DNA of 64,000 nucleotides from Mytilus edulis (Eukaryota): NCBI RefSeq assembly GCF_963676685.1, contig NC_092351.1, positions 32,426,001 to 32,490,000 of the forward strand, read 5' to 3'. Shown piece by piece: positions 54,790 to 64,000 of this stretch (position 1 is its first letter; each line of letters starts with the position of its first letter). The notes under the pieces were generated by a model. It saw only the letters and a program-made list of their open reading frames with translations, ran no database searches and was not told where the DNA came from. The position numbers and the translations under genes were made by a program.

Positions 54790-57222
54790 ATGTCTACCAT
54801 TCAATGGTATTTATTGGTGATTTTGCATAGTGTGTATTTGCAACGTGCCACTGCAACAGTCTTTGTAAATGAATCTACGCATATTGAATTAAGAAAACTT
54901 TGCATTACACTTGCTTTACCTGCTAAAGCATCAGGTCCTGATTTCGAAATGTTTGAAAACCTATATAATGATCAATTATTTAAAGCAGGGAATAATATAT
55001 TTGATAACATAAATGATAACAAAGCTCGCATTAACACTACAGAAGCAGAATGCAGTATTTTAGATACTTCAACTGTTGGTTGTGTGTACTTACGTTTGTA
55101 TAAAATAGGACAATATACGAAATCCGATTTACAGAGACTCGGTAGTGTTTTGGACACTGAACATGACAACATTTCATATATGTATTCAGTTCTGCTTCTG
55201 GCCTGGTACCTTGATCCAGTTTTATTAAAGTTAAATTGTGGCCCTGTTGATTTGATTTCAAAAATACCAATAGCTCAGTGGAAATATGCTGCCGAATTTG
55301 AAACGCATCTGTTAACACGATCTAATGTATGTTCATGGACTAAACCGTTCCGAAAGACTGTTTCTGAACATCTAATTTCTGAAGTTTCAGAGTGGTGCTT
55401 AATCAACCGTGACGACCCATATTGTCAACTGATTCCCTTTTTTGAACTGGTAGATTCTATATATAATCTTTGTGGTTTGGTGACAGAGGCAGATTGGAAT
55501 GAATCTTCATTGGAAATTAAAGCTGCAAAGTTTTCAATTTTTACCTTATTCCAAAGAGCACCTAAAGATATGCATCAAAATTCTAAGATAGAGAAAAGTG
55601 AAATAACAAAAATAACAACAGAAATTCTAACTACCTTTTATGATGAGTTCAGATCCAAACAATTGATCAAGACAAACAACCTTCTAAAAATACTTCCTAA
55701 AAGTTCTGCTATTAAATGCAACTTTATGGCCGAATATCCATCATTTGATTGGCTTCTGTGTGCATTCGCTAAAACATTAGACCAATTAAGGTCATTTGTT
55801 CTTACGTATGGAATAGGTGTCTCTGGATATAGTTCAAAAAGAAAGGTCTTGGTAACGTCAATTGATTATAAAGAATACATAAAGAACGTGCGAATCTCAC
55901 AAATAAAAGAGCTGAGTCAAGAAATATCACTTGATCTGCAGGTTGCTGCTGTTCAAATAAAAAACGAAATTCAAGATCGCTTCCAACAACTAGGAACTTA
56001 TTTCAAAAGCCTAGCTGAGTTTGAAAGTAAAAAATTAACAGCAGATATAGATAGTATACAATCTGATATTGATTCATACACAATTGTTCACGAAAAAGCA
56101 AAAACAAAACTAAAGTCGTCACTTGGGGCTCTTCTGCTGCTTTTTACTTCAGCAGCAACAGGTGATTTAGTTGAAGCAGGCGTAAAATTAGCAGCACGTG
56201 CTGCAGAAGCATCAAATCCTCTTAAATGGATCTTTAATAGTGGCAATACAGTTGATGTTTTGGAGGCTACCAATGAAGTAGCACAAGCTACTGCAATCCT
56301 TGCTAAAGCTCTTTCTAAAACAGGCTATTTGATAAAGCTACAAAAACTATCGGCCGAAATCAGCAAAAAAATAAATAAAAACGCACCCTTACTTCAAACA
56401 ATCAAGAATATCCTAGACAGAGTTACACCAGAATCAATATCCGACGAAAAGTTTACCAGCCTGCAATCTGATTTTTTTAAACATTACGAAAATTACTCTG
56501 GAAAGCTTCAAAAGTACGAGTTGACTGTTCTTGGTAGCTATTGGGAAGGTTTCATCGATGACCTTTGTTCATCAATTGAAGAAACAAGTGGCCTGGCGTC
56601 AGCGGCGTTCAAAACAACATTATGGGCTACAAACGCTTGTCCAGATGCAAAGGCAAATGCTATAAAGCTTGTGGTGTCATTAGAAGAAATCTTTGATTTT
56701 CAAGAAAATCTACTGGAGAAGATGTCTTCGTTGATGAGATCACTGACACAAATACAAAGCTCTTCAATACTTGGTTCAGGAACACGAGCAAGGTTTCCTA
56801 GTAATTTAACTATTTTCGAAATAAAATCATTTGCAGCTGCATCTTATATATCAACGAGCATTGTACAATTTACTAACGTGTATATGCTTTGTGACATCCT
56901 AGAATACAAGATGGGAAGAAGGCCAAATGACTGTCAAGGTTTTTCTACAAATGTTGATAGGTTACTGTCTTTGCCAGACGTAAGGTGCAATCCAATTTTA
57001 AAATACGTAGATTTACCCACTCAATCAGACTCATTTAATGAAACAAATCGAAACTGGATAGATTTATCAAAATTATACAAAGGTGAAACTGTTCAATTTC
57101 AAATTCCGAACTCAAACTGGCTTATTGACAGAGGGTGGATTCCGGAGGCCCATAAGAACTTTGCGATTTATGTTGACGGGTTTGAAATGTACTTGCCAGT
57201 GCAAAGCAGTTCCTCAAATCAG
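54790..57222 (+). CDS. Uncharacterised secreted protein, coding exon 1 (811 codons)
   Basis: 2433-nt open frame; ATG just after a pyrimidine tract and tag/cag acceptor (54779-54784); signal-peptide-like MSTIQWYLLVILHSVYLQRATA; CAG|gtaacc donor. Confidence 0.92.
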
Positions 57223-57544
57223 GTAACCAAAAATATGTATTGTGAAAATTTTCATTTGATACTATTATTTTTTATTTCTTCAAATGATCAATACATAATA
57301 AGAATATTTTTGTAAAAAAAAACAGGAGTATATATACTAGTAAAAAAAGAAACGTTACAGAAGTTTTTATTAGTTTTTGGAAAGTTCGTGCATAATTAAA
57401 TTATGTGGTATCTGAACATTTAAAAGTTAATAGAATGTTTGTATCTGTATCGATTTTGAACGTTTGAATACGTTTTAAAATGTTGTAATGTCGTTTTCAG
57501 ATCAGAAATTGACGTTTTTATTTATTACTTTCTAAATTAAACTT

Positions 57545-59221
57545 TACGGAAGCGTATTAGGGATATAGAAAAAATAAAATTAGCAGTGAACTTTTTTTGT
57601 GAAGGTCGAAATTTTGACATTTCAAATTTTAAAATTTCGACTTTATCTCGAAATTTTAACTTTTCTTATCTTGAAATTTTGACTTTCTAAAATCTTGAAA
57701 TTTCGACTTTTCAAAAAGTCGAAATTTTGACTTTTTTAGAATTCGAAATTTTGCCTTTATAAAATGCCGAAATTTCGACTTTAAACTCAAAATTTCCACT
57801 TTTTTAAAACTCGAAATTTCGGCTTTTTCTAAACTCGAAATTTCGACTTCTTTTAAACACAAAATTTCGACTTTTTTTAAACTCAAAATTTCGACTTGTT
57901 TTAAACTCAAAATTTCGACTTTTCCTAAGTATTTATACGTTTGCGATTACCACATTCACAGTCATTTATACATGTATCAGCAAGCGGAGAACCATATACA
58001 TCATAAACTTAATAAGCATATTTAAATAAACTAAACCATGATTTTAAAGAGGTTATTTTAGATAGAAAATCTTGTTTTGCCGAAGAATAGATAAAATGTG
58101 TTTCACGTTCAAATACATATTTCAAGTCTGGACTTCAGATATGTGTACCAAGACGACCCGTTATTCCGACACACCTATATTACGACATACTTTTATTCAA
58201 CAGACTAAGATATAAAGACAAGGGTGAATAGTTGTGTCATAAGAATGTCAACTTGTAGAGTTTAATCAATGTTCCAGAAAAAAGAACCATTATTTCAAAA
58301 TTCCAAAACTAGAAACCCGAGCAGCTCATTTGTCATCCCGAATATGCATGGCATTTTTGGCTACTTGATTTACCATTGTTTAAACAAGGCAAAGTCAGTG
58401 ACTTGCTATTGGGAAACCAAACAGGCCTTTGAAACTGCGATGCTAAATGTTCTCAGATCTGACAATTCTATGACAGTGTCGTGGGAACTAAAACATGGAA
58501 TATGGGAAAACATTTTTTTTTCTGTCAACACGCATGTCCTTTCCGAATTCAATATTAAATGCTAACCCATATCTTAATTTAAGAACAAAACCAATTTCAA
58601 AATATAAATTGTCAAAATGTGTGGATGACTCTTTAATAATTTGCGTCAGTGTCTACTCCTGCTAAAATTGTAATAAATGTGTTTGAATACTAACATCAAA
58701 GTTTTAAAAGTACTTAGAAAAAGTAAAAATTTCGAGATTTCAACAGCCGAAATTTTGCGATCAAAGTCGAAATTTTGAGTTTACAAAAAGTCGAAATTTT
58801 GAGTTTAAATTATTAATTTGAAATTTCGATTTTAAAATAAGTCGAAATTTCGAGTTTTAAAAATGTCGAAATTTTGAGTTTAAAAATAAGTTGAAATTTC
58901 GAGTTTAGAATAAGTCGATATTTCGAGTTTTAAAAAAGTCGAAATTTTGAGTTACAAATAAGTTGAAATTTCGAGTTTTAAATAAGTCGAAATTTCGAGT
59001 TTTAAAAAAGTGGAAATTTCGACTTTTTGTAAGTCGAAATTTTTGAGTTTCAAAAAAGTCAGAATTTTGACTTTTCAATAAGTCGAAATTTTAAGATTTT
59101 AGAAAGTCAAAATTTCAAGTTTAAGTCAAAATTTCGAAATTTGAAAAGTCAAAATTTCGACTTTGAAAAAAAAGTTCACTGCAAATTTTATTTTTTTCTA
59201 TGTCCCTAATACGCTTCCGTA
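57545..59221. mobile_element. IS3EU-type non-autonomous element with inverted ~21-23 bp arrays
   Basis: TACGG...CCGTA ends, ~55-bp TIR, AAACTT TSD on both sides; GTCGAAATTT(T/C)GAG arrays at ~57600-57925 and ~58730-59165. Confidence 0.88.
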
Positions 59222-59806
59222 AAACTTTATCCCGGTGTGTTAGAATTGCTATAATGGTCACACATTGTGTCGATTAAATCAGTTAACCCTATACGTAAGT
59301 CAACACCCAACTCCGTTTACGTCAAAATGAGAGGGAAAGAAGCATTGGGATGTTGCAAGCAGGAATGTCAAAAAAAATCATTTGAAAAGCAAGTTAACTT
59401 ATATATATGTTAGGTTCGTCTTGGGGGGAAAAGGCACACCACAGGTCGCCCTCGATTCGGAAGAGAAGACCTCGAGCAACGACGTTACATCAGGACAGGC
59501 AAATTGGTAGAACGCAAATGCAAAAAGAAAAATAACGGCTAGTCGTGAAACCGGAAAAGCTAACAACAGATTTTTAGACAGAACTATCCGAAATTGCCTG
59601 TGTCAGTTGTTGACTTCGGACACGACGTCCGTTGAATGGAGCCAGCTTCATTTATGTCTTTATTTACATTGATATAAAGATGTATAATTCATGGTTATAA
59701 TTGTTATTTTATACGTTATATGACATGAAATTGGTGTAATGTTTCTTTTTTACTAGTATATCTGTATCGATGTTCTATGCATAATATTGAGACGAATTTT
59801 ATGATT

Positions 59807-59963
59807 TAAGGAATGACTGTAATATTTATTCTGTGACCTATGAAGAAATAGCATCAAAAATGTGGTGCACACTGAATAACCCGCGTAGCTGGTTATTTTA
59901 AAGTGTGCACCACATTTGTATGTTATTTTGAATAGACAGAAACTATATTTCAGTCATTTCTTA
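59807..59963. repeat. Fold-back palindrome
   Basis: Arms include AATGACTG/CAGTCATT and AAATGTGGTGCACAC/GTGTGCACCACATTT; core GC-GTA-GC. Confidence 0.8.
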
Positions 59964-60396
59964 TAATTTGTTTCTAAATTCCATTTTAACCGGAGTAAAC
60001 TATGAAAAACGTTGATGACGTCACGATCACATGACACAATGATTTCTTTGAGCTGATAAACAAAACAACGTTAGCCAATCAGAAGACGCGTAACATCCAA
60101 AATTAAATTACAATTATAATAACAGTTTAATTTTAATTGTTTTCATCTTCAAACAAATTTTAATACTAGAATAAGTACATGTAATGTGTGATGTCTTCTT
60201 TTTTTTATCATAAAAATGATGTCATTCTTTTTCATTTTTTATCTACTTTTTTATTGAAATATTTTGCTTTTCAAATTTTTATAAAAACTTTTTTCTTGCA
60301 AACTTGGAATAATGAAATTATTTCATCTGATTATTTGATATTTTTACAAACGAGTGTTAAATAATTATAATCATCATCATTTCAATCTGTGCATAG

Positions 60397-60610
60397 GTAG
60401 AAGTGATTGTTACTCCAAGCAATACCGGAAACAGATTGTATGATTACAAAGACGGAACTGACTATATAATAACACCCTCTGTTCCTATGCGGATGTCATA
60501 CTCTCTAGGCAAAGACCTTACCTGCCGTCAAGAACGTATCGAAAATCCATACCGTGTTTGCGATACTGATGGAGGGAATTTGATGCCACAGATATGCATT
60601 CACACACTAG
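60397..60610 (+). CDS. Secreted protein exon 2 (VEVIVTPSNTGN...CRQERIENPYRVC...ICIHTL)
   Basis: catag acceptor, phase 0, G|gtaata donor. Confidence 0.85.
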
Positions 60611-60829
60611 GTAATAATGTAAAAAAAACAACTATGATAAAGTATACAAGATCAGACTAACAGCCAGCTTTTGTAAAATAAATATTCAGAATCCATTTGG
60701 AATCGAAATACTAGTATACCGCGGGGTAACTGTTGGTTTACCGATGTTCAAAAAACGAAAATCGTTTTGAATATACAAACCAAGAAAACGTTTCCTTTGA
60801 ACCGTATCAATTTCATCCGTACAGTATGT

Positions 60830-60953
60830 GACAGTACAATAAAGCAGTGTCGGATGTGTCGACAGTACAATAAAGCAGTGTCGGATGTGTCGACAGTACA
60901 ATAAAGCAGTGTCGGATGTGTCGACAGTACAATAAAGCAGTGTCGGGTGTGTC
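60830..60953. repeat. 31-bp minisatellite x4
   Basis: GACAGTACAATAAAGCAGTGTCGGATGTGTC at 60830, 60861, 60892, 60923. Confidence 0.93.
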
Positions 60954-61092
60954 AACAGGTTCAATTTTCCCTACAATGCATACATTTCTAAGAATTAAGA
61001 TCCAATTGGGATCAAGCAGAACATATAGAAAATCTCAGTAATATTGACAAATTCTATTAAGACTAGATATAATATTTTTTTATTTTATTTAG

Positions 61093-61270
61093 GTACCGAT
61101 AGTGTGATCGATCCTGATAAAATCAAGCCATCAATATACGGTCAACTAGATATTACAGTTTCCGGATTAGAAAGGTCCCATCTTTCAACACCTTCGACTA
61201 AAGTCCCAATCAAAGTTGGACTTAAATATTGCTTTATTGACCCATATGAACGGAGAAAAAAGAGAAACAC
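61093..61270 (+). CDS. Secreted protein exon 3 (GTDSVIDPDKIKPSIYGQLDITV...ERRKKRN)
   Basis: atttag acceptor, phase 1 fits; AC|gtaagg donor overlaps the apparent stop codon. Confidence 0.82.
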
Positions 61271-62712
61271 GTAAGGCATTAACTAATTACAATTCTCATT
61301 ATTCATCAATTACGTACTTCCAAAAATATTTATTCATTGTATCGGTAACTACTCGTGCATCTATGTAATTTTCATACACACATAAACATGTGCCACATAT
61401 CAGATTGGTGACAATCAAATACACTAATTTAAATGTGTCACGTGTCATATGAGTGACAAAAGTGACTTTTGGATTAATTTCATTCATTTTTTTCGTAAAT
61501 ACTAGTATTGAGCGCCATCAATTCTACAATACATTCATTGAAAAATCTGTATGTGCTTCTCCCAAGTCTCGAGCCTGTAATTCAGTGATTGTCGTTTGTT
61601 GCCGTAAAACGTGTTTTTCGTTCATTATTTTGTACATTGATTAGGTCGTTAGTTTTCTCGTATGAATTGTTTAAAATTTGTCATTTCGGGGTCCTTTATA
61701 TCTGAAAATGTGGTATAGGCTTTGCTCATTGTTGGAGGCCGTACGGTGACATATATTTGTAAATTTCTGAGTCATTTGGTCTCTTGTGGAGAGTTTTCTC
61801 ATTCGCAATCATACCACATCTTCTTTTTATAATTGGTAAGATGATAGAAAACAAGAAAATTTTGCTTGAAAAAAACATTTGTACAAATCAGCTCAGGGTA
61901 GAAATGCAAAATCTAGACGAACGCGCGCGCTTCATGACTTCAGTGAAAATAATTTATACAGTTGAAATGCCAAATATATAACGAAGTAGATAAGAAAACC
62001 TGATTATTTTGAATGATTGCATAATTAAACAGTGATATCTCAAAAAAAGGACCGTATTAACCACAATCATCGATCTAATGTACATTGTCAATCTCCTTTA
62101 ATGACAGGCTTGTCGTCCATTTTTCCTCAATCAGATTGAGGAGGAAAGGACGACACGTCTGTCTATATTATGAGATTGCATGGTTTTGTGGTTGTAAGCA
62201 TTCATCAAAGGTACCAAATGTACCAGTTTTGGTAATATTATATTCATATTTTCGTATCATAGCGTTGAAATGTTTATATTCAAGCAATGAAACTAAACGA
62301 AAATAATATGAAAAGGTTGCCTCCTGTAAAAAGTACATTATGTGTATGTGATGGAGTTTGGAGGGGGAAAATATGTTCCATTTTCAATTTATTCTTAATA
62401 CTTGTGTAGAAAATTGCTATGCTACGAAAATTATTGATGGATTCAAGCTGCAAGTGAAGAACTGAAAAACTTGCTTTAAACATGATTTTCTTTTTGTAAC
62501 TCTAAACTCTAAAACTAAATGATTTGGAAGCTTAAAATGTCCCTTATTGCTGTCGAACTTTTGATATTTAAATTTTGTTAAGGCCTCATTTACAAGAGCC
62601 AGATCAAGAACGACCATTATGACAATTTTCAAAATTACAGATCTCATGAAATAAAATTCACAAGTCAGCTTTTTCATTATAATTTATGAGAAATTTATCT
62701 TGTCCTTTGTAG

Positions 62713-62822
62713 GAGACGGACGGTAGGTGACATATGTTGTAGCGGTAATAGTTTTTACAAGGATGGCCATTGTCAGGATTGCCCTCCAGGTACCATTTCA
62801 AAGTTTAATGGATTGTTCTGTG
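62713..62822 (+). CDS. Secreted protein exon 4, Cys-rich module (RRTVGDICCSGNSFYKDGHCQDCPPGTISKFNGLFC)
   Basis: ttgtag acceptor, phase 2 fits, G|gtgagt donor; CxxCPxGT pattern. Read-through would stop at 62854. Confidence 0.78.
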
Positions 62823-63877
62823 GTGAGTTTGAAAATAAAATTGGTTTTACATAGTTGGAAGCATTTTAATCCTTGCTACATTCTAGTCCATTTTTTACGA
62901 AAGACGCTTACCTTGAGTTTTGAGTTTTGAGTCTTGAGAACTAAGTATGTATCTTGGTGATAGGAATTATAGCATTTGTGGAAAGTTTTACCCAAGTGTT
63001 TATTTTATGTTGAGACATGGCACCGCCTGTTCAATCTAATGGAAAAATACAGGAGAGAAAAAATTGTATCAATGCAGTTAGTACGTCTTGTTTGATCGTA
63101 ACTTAATGTTAGCAAGGACACTTTTTTTTACAGCGATGACCGTGAGGTCATTCCGGTGTATTGCTATTGCCTAGATTTCCATAATGTAATATTCGTTTTG
63201 GTTTTTTAACCGACCTATAAACATTATGAATACGCAGACATCATCAAGTGCAAACTAACATTTCTTATCGCTTGTTATAAATTCATTTCTACAATGAATA
63301 CTCATCAAATTCTGTTTAAAGAATATAAATTGATAATATTAAAATGTTTTGTTATATGTATATACATGCAAGTGAAAAATCATTAATATCTATGAACACG
63401 TATGCGAAAGAATATCTCAAGAGCGTTTGCAATCTTAAGGAACGATAACTCTCCATGGATGATTAAACATTTTTTTGCGGGAAAATACGAATAAAATTGA
63501 GAATGGAAATGGGGAATGTGCCAAAGAGACAACAACCCGACCATAGTGCAGACAACAGCAGAAGGTCACCAACAGGCCTTCAATGCAACGAGAAATTCTC
63601 GCACCCGGAGGCGTCCTTCAGCTGGCCCCTGAATGCCTACTCAAATCCATTCTATTAGAAAAATCGTATTATTACAGAAGAGTGACGTGTCATCCCTGCA
63701 CTTGCACTGCACTTTTATTAATATAGTAGAATTGAATGGTATACAATAAACTAGAGTATACTGATTTGTCTCACTACAATATAATTACGAAAAGGATGAA
63801 TTCCCTGTCATTTATTTTTCATCTACGCACGAACTTGTCCCCCAAAAAACATATCTGTACATTAACCTTACTTTCAG

Positions 63878-63891
63878 GTATAGAGATGTGA
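63878..63891 (+). CDS. Candidate last exon of secreted protein (GIEM*)
   Basis: ttaac-cttactttcag acceptor, phase 1 fits, TGA at 63889-63891. Confidence 0.5.
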
Positions 63892-63892
63892 T

Positions 63893-64000
63893 TTTTATGC
63901 CCCACCTACGATAGTAGAGCGGCATTATGTTTTCTGGTCTGTGCGTCCGTTCGTCCGTCTGTCTGTCTGTTCGTCCGTCTGTCCCGCTTCAGGTTAAAGT
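63893..64000 (+). mobile_element. HINE/Helentron-like head, cut by window end
   Basis: TTTTTATGCCCC..hairpin..GGCATTATG then (GTCC/GTCT)n; same family as 27855. Confidence 0.65.

Noticed and set aside
60830-60953. 31-bp repeats as a CRISPR array
   Set aside because: Head-to-tail with no spacers, inside a eukaryotic intron, no cas genes
61271-61274. Stop codon as the true end of the secreted protein
   Set aside because: Overlaps a GTAAGG donor and a phase-matched Cys-rich exon follows; a short isoform is still possible

Overview
AT-rich, repeat-dense animal genomic DNA; the repeat families look like a bivalve mollusc, probably a Mytilus-type mussel (inference from recall, not tested). Two protein-coding genes lie on the + strand. 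(1) An AMPA-class ionotropic glutamate receptor subunit: 15 in-frame GT-AG exons from 1350 to 35463 (2468 nt, about 823 aa) plus a probable last exon near 36180; its 5' exon(s) are outside the window. It has Leu at the Q/R pore site and non-canonical residues at the desensitisation interface. (2) An uncharacterised secreted protein of about 982 aa (54790-63891, 5 coding exons) with signal peptide, long helical/coiled-coil core, central hydrophobic segment, beta-rich region, polybasic convertase site and a CxxCPxGT cysteine module; a candidate pore-forming toxin/effector. Introns and intergenic DNA hold a 350-nt retrozyme-like unit with an intact type I hammerhead ribozyme, five degenerate hammerheads, Helitrons, HINE/Helentron-like elements, MITEs with readable TIRs and TSDs, Academ-like transposase relics, a LINE fragment, SINEs, a 1.32-kb triplication and a 34-bp TIR-only mini-insertion. 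All exons, translations and alignments were read by eye; no searches were run.
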